Assembly: GCF_003918875.1 (NCBI RefSeq)
Contig: NW_025767008.1
Coordinates: forward strand, 124,001 to 188,000
DNA length: 64,000 nucleotides
Direction: 5' to 3'
DNA from: Haliotis rubra
Lineage: Eukaryota
Shown in pieces: positions 24,129-38,080 of the stretch. The translations under genes were made by a program, and so were the position numbers. The stretch's first letter is position 1. Every line of letters starts with the position of its first letter. The notes beneath the pieces are model-generated. The model saw only the letters and a program-made list of their open reading frames with translations. It did no database searches and was not told the origin of the DNA.

Positions 24129-24842
24129 TGTTACGAGAGTGATTTTAATTGTGTCATTTGTAATATCACACTGATTAAGTGATAGTTATTTTAGGTCACA
24201 ATGTTTAAAGTTTTGAGTGTGGGTTTTGGCTCGTATCTCGCATCATATATGTTCAATGGCAATAGTATTTTTAGCGGCACGCCTTTTCGATGGCGCTTCA
24301 GAGTTGTCTCCCTTGGCCATCTTGCTTATTTAGGGGTTTCATCATGCCGTGTGTTCCACATGATTCCATATCGTTCCGGGAGAATAATGATGAAGCCTAG
24401 CTTTGTTAGATTGCTCAAGAACTGTGTAAGAACTATATTATAAAGGCTTGTTGCTGCCTAGTGCGACGATACTTTTCATATAACTGGAGTTATACACATC
24501 TGTCTGCCATCGTCAGGTTGTTCAACATTCAACACTGACCGTGCTGTTCGTCTATATTCAACTGTTGTCATTGTAAACAACCTTCAATCAGTACATCTGC
24601 TCTCACTGTAAATGTCAAGACTCTGGTGAGTTGATATCTTATATTTGTGACCAAATATTTTAGATTTGTGACTCAATTGCATTGTACTAGAGATCTGTAT
24701 TGTCATTCATTGTAGCTTGCTCATTGTTTGTTCAATATATTACTAAATATTTTAGACTTGTCTGTGTTCTATTTTGCTGGTTCAAGGGGGACTTTTAAAC
24801 CTTTTGTCACGGCAAATTATTAACCGTACCAGTGTCATAAAA
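24129..24842 (+). mobile_element. Possible solo LTR
   Basis: Begins TGTTACGA and ends in an imperfect inverse, TCATAAAA. Has a TATA-like TATTATAAA and a T-rich 3' part. No clean TSD. Confidence 0.35.
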
Positions 24843-25854
24843 CGTGGAGGTGGATAGGGAGAGATGGGGAGGAAGGACTGTCGAGAGGGTCAGAGATAGG
24901 AGTGATGGAGAGAGGAGAGAGAGGGTAGGGTGTTAATTAGTCCCCTATGTTCTGACCTCGCATCCCTACCTGAACTGTTAATCCGAGCAGTGTATCAAAT
25001 CCTCCAACATCCCCTCAGGAGCTGCCGCCTTAACAGCCGTGAGAGCTACACAGATGTGCACTCAGCACAGCTCGGTAAAAGACGAGTGCAATCAGCACCT
25101 ACCAGCGCCGCTGTTCCTACAGTTATGTAAATGTCTTTACTGTCTTACAATTACACTAAGAGCTGTTAGGGGGACAGGCGATATAAGACCTTTACCATGG
25201 GGAAACGGGTCGAGTTATACCCCTAGGGACTCGGGGGTATTTTTATATCACTTTTATCAATTAAAAAGCTCGGGATTGATTCAGTGAAGAGCCACTGAAA
25301 TAAAACCGGTCTGAACGAAACCTCGGTGAAATTGTTTTATGACCCTGTGCGTCATTCTTCAGCCAGTCTAGACATCCATCAAATTAAAAGAAACCTATCA
25401 GCGGCTTAATTAACTAAGCAACGTTCGAAAAGAAGTGAGAACCAGCTGCATCCGTTTTTGACAAGATCTGTTGAAGAAATAAGCCACAAATTTGCCCTGA
25501 TCGCTGTATGATGTATTTGCCAGAAACTAGCGGAGACTGAAAATGTGTACCATGCTTCCTGAACTGCAGTTTCGTGGGTTGAGGGTGCAGTTGAATAGTT
25601 AACGAATTGTGCCTTCATGTCTAAGGCACGTGTTCTATTTCCGATGGGGGTAAATTCTGTGGCAATTTATAGTGTTGTATACTACGTGCTATACCGGGTT
25701 TAATGCTAAAAGCGGCGTAATGTCTGTGTCCCTCGCTCAGTCTGTATCAAATAACTAGTATAATATCTTATCACGGAAATAACACAATGATGTATCGAAC
25801 GTATTTGTAATCATAGGAATGTTCATTGACGAAGAAAACGGGTATTCTTGTACA

Positions 25855-26110
25855 GTGAGTGAGTGAGTGGGTGGGTGAGTGAGTGAGTGTGTGGTGTGTG
25901 GTGGGTGGGTGGGTGAGTGAGTGGGTGAGTGGAGTGAGTGAGTGGAGTGAGTGAGTGAGGGTGGGTGAGTGAGTGGAGTGAGTGAGTGAGTGAGTGAGTG
26001 AGTGAGTGGAGTGAGTGAGTGAGTGAGTGAGTGAGTGGAGTGAGTGAGTGGGTGGAGTGGTGAGTGGTGAGTGGGTGGTGGTGGGTGGTTGAGTGTGTGA
26101 GTGAGTGGAG
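25855..26110. repeat. (GAGT)n/(GGGT)n tract running into an assembly gap
   Basis: Seen directly. Confidence 0.9.
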
Positions 26111-26559
26111 NNNNNNNNNNNNNNNNNNNNNNNNNNNNNNNNNNNNNNNNNNNNNNNNNNNNNNNNNNNNNNNNNNNNNNNNNNNNNNNNNNNNNNNNNN
26201 NNNNNNNNNNNNNNNNNNNNNNNNNNNNNNNNNNNNNNNNNNNNNNNNNNNNNNNNNNNNNNNNNNNNNNNNNNNGATGCTTTATACAGGTTTTCAACAC
26301 CATTACCAAATAACGTAAGTTGCATTAGCTCGAAGCGTCATGTCTTATTGAAACACTTACCTTTTCAGCTCGTGTTCAAACGAAGTCTTACCTTTGACGT
26401 TGCGAGCAAACCATTTTACACATATGGGCTACTTCACCACGGATAATAAACGAAAAACTTAAGGACAATTAATATCCTGCTGTTTGTTTTTAGTTTGCAT
26501 ACCATTTAAAATTACACGATTTTGCATATTCCTATTTGAAGCCACGTGTTTGCTTACTA

Positions 26560-27330
26560 GGGCAGATGATTACATGGATCATATATTTCAAACATCCAAT
26601 ATTTGTTTCTTTTTCTGAGGCCTGTGTTAATAATATGTGTTTGATTTTTTTTAAATATTGTATATTGTATTTTCAACTCACTTTCATACTTCCTAAAATT
26701 ACAACTTGTTTTTGTTACCCTGCATCGGTATACTATAAACTTGGCTTATGAAACTACAAAATTGATTATTTCACTGTCTTTCAACTCAGTCTTTAGACCA
26801 TAAAGTGGAATATCTCTGTAACTATCATATACAGTGTTACTTACATTTTGTTTTTATCCATTTGAAAATGTGTAACCAAAAAACCCAAACATTTGGACAA
26901 TAAACACATAATGTCTAACAGTATCTACATGACCACATGTTTCACAAACATCACTTTCTTTTATGTTATTTTTTTCCAAATATTCATTACATGGAATAAT
27001 TGAATGTAATAGTTTAAATTGTAATTGTTTGTATTTAAATTTGTTAAATATGTAACAGTTAAATACACAAACTCGGTGCAAATGAAGTCAAATTGCCCTT
27101 ACAATAACCGTTGTTCCTTAACTATCAAGTACGTATTTTATTCTTATTTTTAAGGTTCCTTAACAAGTATTCAGTTTGCAAATGCATAAATAAAGTGTAT
27201 GGATTAGATGTCCTTGGGAGGACGCCTTGTCTCTCGGAAGTGACAGCACTGTACTTTCTCATGTCAAACTGGAAACGATCGTCACACAATAAATGACAGC
27301 ACCATATTGTTTTAATATCGGTAAAAAATA
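26560..27330 (-). mobile_element. L1/Tx1-clade LINE ORF2 C-terminal (zf-RVT) relic
   Basis: ORF 26854..27081 reads KYKQLQFKLLHSIIPCNEYLEKNNIKESDVCETCGHVDTVRHYVF, matching the zf-RVT pattern (FKLLH.I...N..L......C..C...(E/D)T..H). Boundaries are approximate. Confidence 0.65.
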
Positions 27331-29519
27331 AAGGAAGCTACAGGTCTGAATAATATGCACTTAACTCATTTTACATCTGAAACACATTTTAAGAATAAAA
27401 ACGAACAATTTCCGATATGCGTATAATAACACATAATTTACCTAAAATGCGAAAACAACTTTTTTCTCTTTTGCTCTTTGATTGAAGTCACGTCCTGTTC
27501 AGATTATGTTTTGTCAGATAACAGAAAGTCACTTGTTTCGTTTCTGTGTGAATCTCCCCTTTAAGACGCCTGTTAGGACTTCACGGCGGATCACCTCCCG
27601 TGGGTAATTACCCCCTGTAAAAGGCGCTTTCGATCTGACACCACGCTCGCTTACCCAAGGACCACATAAATGCGGCTTAACCAATCTGACAACAAAACCC
27701 AGTCGAGACGAAGCCGGAGTCGGGGCAGGTATTGTAGCTATAATCTGAATTGGCCACGTTTATCACTTGATCTGTCACAGGCTATGACAGGTTGATTGCC
27801 TGTCCATTAGAAAGGGAAATTTCAATTGAGTTTTGATAGCTGTCCAATTCTCCAGCACACCCACATGGTATTGTGTATTAGCGGTAATGAGCTCTTAGTT
27901 GGGTAATCACTTTGAAACTTTCATTCATTCATTAAATGCTCTGAATCGAATTTTGCTGATTTCGTATAGACCGTAAGAAAAACCATAAAACTTCAAAGTC
28001 GACAGAAAATAATGATATATATGTCTGATTCGCAATGGCACCCGGAAATAGACGAAAAGCATAACAAACTTTTTCGAGCAGACGTTGTGTATAAAACAGT
28101 AGTATAAGATATAAGGACACAGAAACAGCATTAGAGGATTGAAAAAGATTCGCTTACAATAGCGTATAAGCCTAATGACGTTGACTGCATCAACTCGCGA
28201 CACAGTCTGCAACAGCACTTTCTTAATTAATGACCTACTTAGAGAGAGTAATAAATAACAGGTGGGGGTGTTCTTGTATAAAGCATGGGGGGCAACATCG
28301 CCGTTGGGGCGTCATTTCACAATGCAGAGATGTCTGTAATATATACTGTATATGTTCGTATTTTTATGGATCGTGTGAGAAGGTTAGGTGATGAAGTTCT
28401 ACATGAGCACTGTAATACGTGGTGGTATAATTTTAGGGCGACTTGGACTAGAAGTAGGGTCTAATGGCGCCCAACACATCAGCTGAAGTTCAACTATCAC
28501 AATGTAAGTAGGCATACTGCACATGACTTAAGTTACAATACATAAAAGTGTATTCATTATATTTATATATTTTGATGAAATTACAGGATCGTCTGCTTAG
28601 AGAGATATATTATAACATCAAACAAATAGTTTTTGTTTTGGATAACAACATTGGATAGACAAAACAAAAGACAAACACATAAAACTAGATGCTTGTTCAA
28701 TAAAAAGGTAGATAATCAAACAGAAAAAAGAAATGTTAAAACGATTTAAAAGCAATACATATATCTGGTTTAATGTTTCTTATGAACGACATATGCTTAG
28801 TGCCTACCATATTTGCCTGATGCAGTAACGTACTCTAATATAGCCCTTTGGATTGAACAGTGTTGGGGCCCAGCAAGGAAGAATACATCGCTTTTCTTGA
28901 GTACGGCACTTCTAAGATACGTAACAAACAATTAACTGTGAGAGGCACACCTGTGGTTCACATTTCGAGTTGTTTCCCCTTAGGTGCACGGATCACATTT
29001 CAGATGGTCATGTTTCAAGGTATGTCGCCACCGACATCCCTGGTAGTTGGTTGCAAGAAATTTATAAACGTCTGTGTTCTGTGTCCCTTCAGGCCTTCCA
29101 GCTGATACAACGCCATGTATTGGAAATAATGGTCAATTCGGACTGAAAGCAGATTACTCACTTCCTTGCAGAACTCGTCAGAAGAGACAAGACGAATATG
29201 AAGCCCGAGAAATTATACCCCCATATACCATTTACATCCTCAGGTGGACTTACCCAACACCAACAAAGCATTTATTATATATCTTAAGATGAACAGTTCT
29301 TGTAACCCTCTGAAGCTGAAGTTAACCCAAGGTTTGTATATGTCTGGACTGAAATGATTATTATAATATTTGTCTGACTCATGATAAGAACAGGGTTTCC
29401 TTGTATCTGGTGTTCAGAAAAGACTGCTTCATAGACGCTTGAATGAATAATACATACCTCAACAAGACATTTTGATTTGAAGGTCGGGTTTCACAAATCA
29501 CATGGACATGTTCACGCAC

Positions 29520-31230
29520 CGTACACACTTTCGATTTTCCGGGGTCAGTTAAGATCATTTTATTAATACACGTAGTTCATCAATGTGAGAATACATATTT
29601 GTTATTAACGAACAAGTGCACATATAACACTATTTGTAACTGTAAATAACGCCTACGCAATGCTTGACTTGCTGAAATTCCGCGGCAAGTTGCCACGGAT
29701 GTGCCGAACAGATATGGCGGCAAACGATGTTGCCTAACAATTTGATATTCATCGAAACATAACATCATCTGTTTGGAGGCCTTATCTACAGCAGGGCACG
29801 CTCTCACCTTGCACCGCCGAATAGCTGGGACCAGTAGTCCGCGTGTAACGCCACGTTAACAGGGTGTCACCTTCAGGTTGTATTTCTACGTAATTCGTAC
29901 ATTAACAACTCGGTCAATCCCGATTACCAATTAGTAGACAGGGCGAGTGAGTGAGTAATTTGGCAGCTATTAGCGGTGAGAAATGTATTTTACATGTCAT
30001 TTATTATAGTACAACAGCGGGCACAACAATGGTGCCATTCGCCTCCTACGTCCAGCGATACGACAAATGTTGCTGGGAGCATCACTGTCCGGACCGCCTG
30101 GCTAGGTGTAGACAACTTCTGGAGCTCAGGGGATAGGTATGTGACAGTGTACTGTTCACAGATGAGTCCTCGTGTCAAGCACAGCTGGGGCGGTGTACTG
30201 TTCACAGATGAGTCCACGTGTCAAGCACAGCTGGGACGGTGTACTGTTCACATATGAGTCCACGTGTCAACCACAGCTGGGGCGGTGTACTGTTCACAGA
30301 TGAGTCCACGTGTCAAGCACAGCTGGGGCGGTGTACTGTTCACAGATGAGTCCTCGTGTCAAGCACAGCTGGGGCGGTCTACTGTTCACAGATGAGTCCA
30401 CGTGTCAAGCACAGCTTGGGCGATGTACTGTTCACAGATGAGTCCTCATGTCAAGCACAGCTGTGGCGGTGTACTGTTCACAGATGAGTCCTCGTGTCAA
30501 GCACAACTGGGGCGGTGTACTGTTCACAGATGAGTCCTCGTGTCAAGCACAGCTGGGGCGGTGTACTGTTCACAGATGAGTCCTCATGTCAAGCACAGCT
30601 GGGGCGGTGTACTGTTCACAGATGAGTCCTCGTGTCAAGCACAGCTGGGGCGGTGTACTGTTCACAAATGAGTCCTCGTGTCAAGCACAGCTGGGGCGGT
30701 GTATTGTTCACAGATGAGTCCTCGTGTCAAGCACAGCTGTGGCGGTGTACTGTTCACAGATGGGTCCACGTGTCAACCACACCGGCCATGAAAGGACCTG
30801 GAGGACCTAGAACACGTTACCCGCGTTCCCCAACTCCGCCAAACAAACACGACCCATTGTTGTCAATGGTAGTTCAGTGACGTACCCATCCTTGAAAATC
30901 ATGTTCCACCTTTCGTGCAAATGAACAGTCATGCTACAGCAAGAAAAAACGCTGTGCTGGGTTCATATGCTGATAATGCAGTGTCATAGAAATATAGATA
31001 ATGAAACCTTACATCCATGATAAAACATGAAACCAAAAGGAAATGGTGGCTAGTATTTCATGGTGATGTTTTCAACATGGGTACGACAGAGTTGATATAT
31101 ATATATTTTTTTTGTAAATTAGGTTTGTTGTACTTCAGCGACTGTTTTCAACAATTTAACGCTCAGACAACATTTGTACTTATTTGTGACATCCAATTTC
31201 TAGGCGTACGTCCTTTTGTGCCGAGCAGTA
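29520..31230 (+). mobile_element. Degraded Tc1-like DNA transposon
   Basis: Disrupted frames give DVA*QFDIHRNITSSVWRPYLQQG (HTH), RPAIR, VLFTDES, GHERTWR, IVVNG, LENHVPPFV and MLQQ, colinear with the Tc1 at 61720-62693. A TIR-like end CTTTTGTGCCGAGCAGTA lies at ~31213-31230. The left end is uncertain. Confidence 0.75.
30147..30781. repeat. Minisatellite, 46-bp unit, ~14 copies, inside the Tc1 relic
   Basis: Unit GTGTACTGTTCACAGATGAGTCCTCGTGTCAAGCACAGCTGGGGCG; period 46 (30301 to 30347). Confidence 0.96.
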
Positions 31231-32839
31231 CAGATTGAACATCGAGTTGCATGTGTTTTCGTCTGTGGAACGTTTCAATTTGTTTACAAGATGCTTTACT
31301 TAGCCTTCACGTTAGAGACTGTCAATGACATTCGCCAGTAAGTCTGAGTGATATCATGTGAATACCAATCTCAGACAGAATAGTGTAGGGAATTTAAATA
31401 CATCATCGCACACAGCACCAACTGCACAGTCGAAGCCAGTGTCCTACTGAAGTTGATTGACTCAAACCCGAGCATCACATATTAGATTTTTTCTTGTAAC
31501 GAGGTGGCAACTTTGCCAGATTTCTGTGGAGCAGCTATCAGTCGGAGGGCCTCTGCGTAAATCTCATCTAGCACATAGCATCTCTCCGACTGCAGATGAA
31601 ATTGCTCTGCTACAATCCTTTATGGTCGCATTTGAAATTCGCACACGGCCAGAAATCAGGCGAAATACAATTTGTTACCATAGATACCTAATGAAGCATG
31701 CTAAAAAATGTGTTCCCTCATTTCCGAAATCGGTACAAGCAAGCCAAATATCTTTACTACTTGTTGAACCCATCCGGTAATGTGAAGGGAGGTTGTAATT
31801 TATTACCAGTAATCCGTTGATACTAATTTGAAAGGCAATCTGAAGGAGGTGATGGTTGTATCTTTTGCTCTCAAACCTTTCCATTTGAAATAGTAATCTC
31901 GCCATATTTCCGGGTCAAAACCGTAAAGGACTTGCCATTTTACAATTTATATTCATTATCCTTAGCAAGGCGATTGGGGGAAAATAACGAATTCATCCCA
32001 TGGGTGCGTAGTCTTTTGAAGTGGATTGTTTACATTAACAGTTGTTTGAATCTAATGTTCCAAAGCTTCATGTTCCAACTCGCTGTAATGTTTCTCCGGT
32101 TTTTCTCGTAATGTGATTGATTTTTAGTTATCATCACTGAACTCACAGAACCAGATCACTAGAATATGCAAATTAGGTGAACATTTGTCCGTATCATGCT
32201 GTTTTATCAAAATCGTTGAAGGACAGATCTCAAAAAGTCACTCAACAAGAAATGACTAAAATGGTTGATGTCATTTCTAGCGTCCTGGAACACTGGAACT
32301 CTTGGACAAGGTGAGCTCAGAGAGGGTGGTGTCAATACACGCATAAACTTTGTAGAAGTGTTTCTGCTGCTGAGACAGGTCACCCTGATGGAGTTTTCAG
32401 GTTAGAAGTGGTTCGGTGGTTTCATGCACAGTCATCATATCTCATAGCGTCAATCACTAGATTGTGTGGCCCGACCAACTGTTTAAGCACCGCGCCGTAC
32501 AGCTACTGCTGAATGTGGCGTCAAACAAACATGTGCTCACCATACAGTCAAAATTGCGTAATCTACCGTGCCTTTAGCAGACAGGGGTGTGGGTGGGTTG
32601 CTTGACTGAAACATACGATGCTATGTGCGTGAAGAGGTGAAGAGAGGTGCTTGATTGAAACATACGATCTCATTGTACGTGTGGCACTTGACTGTAACAA
32701 CCGATCTCATTGTGTGAAGGGAGGAGCCTGAATGTAACCTACTATCTCAGTTTGTATGTATGAACGACGCTTCTTGGCTGAAACATACGATTTCTCTGTA
32801 TATGAGTTGAGGTCCTTAATTGCAACGCAGGATCTTACT

Positions 32840-34400
32840 GTGTGTGAACGGAGATGCTTGACTGTGACATACGATATCAATGTGTGAAGGGAGATGCTAG
32901 ACTGTGACATACGATCTCAATGTGTGAAGGGAGATGCTAGACTGTGACATACAATCTCAGTGTGTGAAGGGAGATGCTAGACTGTGACATACGATATCAA
33001 TGTGTGAAGGGAGATGCTAGACTGTGACATACGATATCAATGTGTGAAGGGAGATGCTAGACTGTGACATACAATCTCAGTGTGTGAAGGGAGATGCTAG
33101 ACTGTGACATACGATATCAATGTGTGAAGGGAGATGCTAGACTGTGACATACGATATCAATGTGTGAAGGGAGATGCTAGACTGTGACATACGATCTCAA
33201 TGTGTGAAGGGAGATGCTAGACTGTGACATACGATATCAATGTGTGAAGGGAGATGCTAGACTGTGACATACGATATCAATGTGTGAAGGGAGATGCTAG
33301 ACTGTGACATACAATCTCAGTGTGTGAAGGGAGATGCTAGACTGTGACATACGATATCAATGTGTGAAGGGAGATGCTAGACTGTGACATACGATATCAA
33401 TGTGTGAAGGGAGATGCTTGACAGTAACATACGATCTCAGTGTGAAGGGAGATGTTAGACTGTGACATAATATATCAATGTGTGAAGGGAGATGCTAGAC
33501 TGTGACATACGATATCAATGTGTGAAGGGAGATGCTAGACTGTGACATACGATCTCAGTGTGTAAAGGGAGATGCTAGACTGTGACATACGATATCAATG
33601 TGTGAAGGGAGATGCTTGACTGTGACATACGATCTCAGTGTGTGAAGGGAGATGCTTGACTGTGACATACGATATCAATGTGTGAAGGGAGATGCTTGAC
33701 TGTGACATACGATCTCAGTGTGTGAAGGGAGATGCTAGACTGTGACATACGATATCAATGTGTGAAGGGAGATGCTAGACGGTGACATACGATCTCACTG
33801 TTTGAAGGAGATGCTTGATTGTGACATACGATCTCAATGTGTGAAGGGAGATGCCTGACTGTGACATACCATCTCAGTGTGTGAAGGGAGATGATTGACT
33901 GTGACATCCGATCTCAATGTGTGAAGGGAGATGCTTGATTGTGACATACGATCTCAATGTGTGAAGGGAGATGCTAGACTATGATATACGATCTCAATGT
34001 GTGAAGGGAGATGCTTGATTGTGACATACGATCTCAATATGTGAAGGGAGGTGCCGACTGTGACATACAATCTCAGTGTGTGAAGGGAGATGATTGACAG
34101 TGACATCCGATCTCAATGTGTGAAGGGAGATGCTTGACTGTGACATACGATCTCAATGTGTGAAGGGAGATGCTTGACTGTGACGTCCGATCTCAATGTG
34201 TGAAGGGAGATGCTTGACTGTGACATCCGATCTCAATGTGTGAAGGGAGATGCTTGATTGTTACATACGATCTCAATGTGTGAAGGGAGATGCTTGACTG
34301 TGACATACGATCTCAATGTGTGAAGGAAGATGCTTGACTGTGACATACGATCTCTATGTGTGAAGGGAGATGCTTGACTGTAACATACAATCTCAATGTG
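32840..34400. repeat. Minisatellite, 40-bp unit, ~39 copies, with degenerate units back to ~32600
   Basis: Unit GTGTGAAGGGAGATGCTAGACTGTGACATACGATATCAAT. Confidence 0.97.
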
Positions 34401-37387
34401 CACGGTAGGATCGTACCATGGGTAATACAGTATGACTGTGACATACAACCACGATAAATAGGAACGAATGGACGCTGACTGTTAAAAAGATCATACTGTG
34501 TGGGTATTTTGTGAGATTGTTTGCTTTGGAGGGGACTCACGGTACTTTTCTCGTCAGACCGTTTCTCCCCAGGGTTTCAACATGGAATACTAATGTGTTT
34601 GGTACTTCCTCGCGCTACTTCTGTAGCGATGGTGATGGTGCAATCTATCCCTTAGTCCTCCCAAGGGCAACACAGATGAACGTTTATACCTTCTGAGTAC
34701 CTAATGAATGGCTTTTTCCAATTGATGGAGTCTGGCTAAGAAGATTCTGATTGTAGACCCACGCTAACGTTGTCTGCACGATTTGTCAAGTATATAGTGT
34801 ACTTGTATTGATACCTAGTGTGTAAAAGTTTAGACCATTAAATTGACATAAAGATATCGTATAGGACTATTTACGTACACCGACCAATATGATATTTAAA
34901 ATGTAACTTGATATTGTTCAGAGCTGATCTGGAAGTCAGCCTGGAATAAAGGTAATCAGCCGTTGTTAGTAGTTTGTTTTTGAAAATTTGGGAATGTGTA
35001 TTGCTGGTAATGGTTACCATTGTGTTTCTAAGGGTANNNNNNNNNNNNNNNNNNNNNNNNNNNNNNNNNNNNNNNNNNNNNNNNNNNNNNNNNNNNNNNN
35101 NNNNNNNNNNNNNNNNNNNNNNNNNNNNNNNNNNNNNNNNNNNNNNNNNNNNNNNNNNNNNNNNNNNNNNNNNNNNNNNNNNNNNNNNNNNNNNNNNNNN
35201 NNNNNNNNNNNNNNNNNNNNNNNNNNNNNNNNNNNNNNNNNNNNNNNNNNNNNNNNNNNNNNNNNNNNNNNNNNNNNNNNNNNNNNNNNNNNNNNNNNNN
35301 NNNNNNNNNNGTAGCTCCAGTAAAAGCATTCGTTCCGAGTTCTACACGCCTGAGCTGATCAAAATTCAATGACGTTGTCTCGGCCAGAGATGTTTACTTA
35401 TGGTATCACAGGAGGATAAGTCTTCTGGTATCTTATACGTTGTTAGGGTATGATTTATTTACTGTTATGTATCCCCAACAAGGCCAGCTCCACCACGGAG
35501 TCTATGCTTTGGCAGTTCCGGCTTTGGAGCCGACACAGGCCAACGTGAGATCAAAAGGTAGTCACGTGACACACGTTGTCGGCAGTGAAGGGGAAGTTTA
35601 GGCTACTCTGAATGCTATTGACCTCGCGACCTGCTCTGATGAGGGAAGCTCTGTTTAGCCGCAAGTCAAATATTAAACTGTCAAGGAATTCATGGGCTGA
35701 ATGGGAAGGAATTTGTGGTGTTGTCACTCGTGAAGGACAGCGAAGAGGGAAATACAGGGAGATGATTGCATATGCTGATGAAACACTCACCCTTATTCAC
35801 AACGCAGATCCCAAACTGATCCGTCTAAAGCTGCCTGTCGTATAGAGATGGGCAGTCGCGTGGCAAGCAGTATTTCTTTGATAGGAGATTGATAATTGAC
35901 TTCAAATGTCAGGAATTTAGTGGGGTCAGTTAAGATGGTAGATAGGAATGAGAGGTAGGGGTGTCTTCAAAGTAGACAGATAGGCTACTCACTTATTAAT
36001 GCATAGACCAAGTCACCCGGATGTAAAAAGTAGATTGTGAGAGCTATTCGTCAGAAGAAATGACGTGTTGTTGCTTTTCTAATTAATGAAACGTTATTAC
36101 CGAATGTAAATCATAGAAAAACAAAAATGTACTACTTTTCAGAAACGGTTTTGCATGAACATTTTAACATTCAGCTAATGGATTTATATATTTTTATTGA
36201 ATGAATTTAAATTTAAATGTGCGAGGCGAATAATGCGATACTGAGTCCTGACACTGGGAATCTGAGAACGTATTAAGAGAGACTTTTTTCAGACTCAGTA
36301 AAGGAGCACTTTGAGATGATATGAAAGAGGTGATCTATGTTTTTAATCATGCGTTTCTTGTTTAAAGTGAGCATTTTTTAAAAATACATTGCATTTGCTT
36401 TGAATGCCAAATAAGTGAAGACCAAAAATGACACATCGAAACCCTACTTTTGCGTATAAAAGTAAAAACAAGGACGTACAATGTTCAAAGGACGGACATA
36501 CTGGCGTCGCACAACACCAAAGTAGGACACAGAGAGTTAGAGCTTGTGAATGTGGTGTCCGACCTTGTGGCGTTCACAATCCGCCTACAGCACCGCTTTA
36601 ATCTTTACATGAGTCTTTGATCAGGGTTCTAATAGAGCAATGTGCACGTCGTCCGGCTGCATCGTCATCAGCGCAGCCACGGATAGTGTTGTGGAGAAGG
36701 TCACACCATGAACAGATTGGGGCTTTATTGGACATAACTTCTCAATGATGCTACAATCAGTTTAATGACAACACACAATTTGTTATAAATTGTACCGCGT
36801 GCTTGTACAGGGACTTTATGACAGGACAGTAGAGCCGTAAAATACCAAATAATTGCCCTATCTGTAAAACATTTATAACACTCGCTTTATATGGACGACG
36901 ACGCTCCACTTTGAAGTTGTTTGGGCTTTTGATAGATGCGCCTTCTTAATTTAGAAAGCCTTTACTGGAGAACATTACAGGGAGATATCATATGGTTCTC
37001 TCAAATCAGAGTGAAATGCTTTTGGAGTTTGGTTGCAAATAAACAACGTCAGAGGCAACATAAAAGTCGCCAGAAAACAATGTTGTGTGTGTGAAAGACC
37101 CGGATGTCTGACACACTGACCCTATGCTTCGGAAGCAAGTGTTATAAATGGCGGAACCTTCCATCATCACTGGCCTTGCGTTTTTCACTCTGTGGACGCT
37201 TCATCTCAGATGAAACATAATTATATCCCAGTGTGCTCATCCTAATCCACTACTACTTCAAATAAGACCATTATACAAGTTATTATACAGTCACAGATGT
37301 CCAAGTTCTCGTGTCCTGATGCATTACTCCGGGGTTTACGGGATGTTAATGAAATACTGTTGCATTTTAAGGTTATCTATATAAGGA

Positions 37388-37530
37388 GTAAGTAAGCATG
37401 GTTTTCCGCCGTTTTTCCAGCAATTCCACTTTGGGGGACACCATTGTGCCCATGTGCGGAATCGAACCCGGGTCTTCGGTGCATTGAGCGAACACATAAT
37501 TATAAAACACAAGGCTTCCCAACCGCTTCC
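37388..37530 (-). mobile_element. Degenerate family A SINE
   Basis: CCCATGTGCGGAATCGAACCCGGGTCTTCGG is the reverse-complemented B-box region. Confidence 0.65.
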
Positions 37531-37699
37531 TATAGGAGGAAGAACGAGTCATATCAAGTATTCATTATGTAACGAACTTCGTACAAATCGTGTGCAGAGT
37601 GTCTGTGGTGTCTTGACGAAGACCACAACCAGATCCACTAAAGAATGACCAACATGTCTACCTCCCTGTAGGACAACGACTCAAGGCTACTTGTACAAC

Positions 37700-38080
37700 T
37701 CCAGCGAGACCGCCATCAAAACATACCATATTTATTCTTCAATTATCGCCAGCCATTGTGTAACAACCGTTGTATCAACAGCCCCCAGGATGAGGAAAGG
37801 GCAAGCCAGACCGTTGTTACACAACCATTACACAACTGTGTCTGGTGCAATCGTCATGGAGAAGCACCTACATGTCAACTTCGGTAATGTGTCCACAGGC
37901 AAGGCAAACACATCCTTGTTAGGGGCATTGCCCTAGAACCTTTGTCCCCGACAGTCACAGACGGAATGGTAGCAGCCGAACTCTTATGGGCGACCACACA
38001 GACACGCCCGAGGACATAGAGGCAGATACAGGGAGCACTGTAGACCTTACTGGCGAGACTGAGGTGGACATGTAAATGAA
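37700..38080 (+). mobile_element. Possible highly degraded I/Ingi/Nimb-type LINE 3' end
   Basis: Broken frames weakly resemble the C-terminal 'RLRTGH..L..HL / HIL..CP / KLWG' layout (for example HLHVNFG, ELLWA). Pattern-level evidence only. Confidence 0.25.

Noticed and set aside
18372-35372. ORFs containing X runs
   Set aside because: Artefacts of the three N-gaps.
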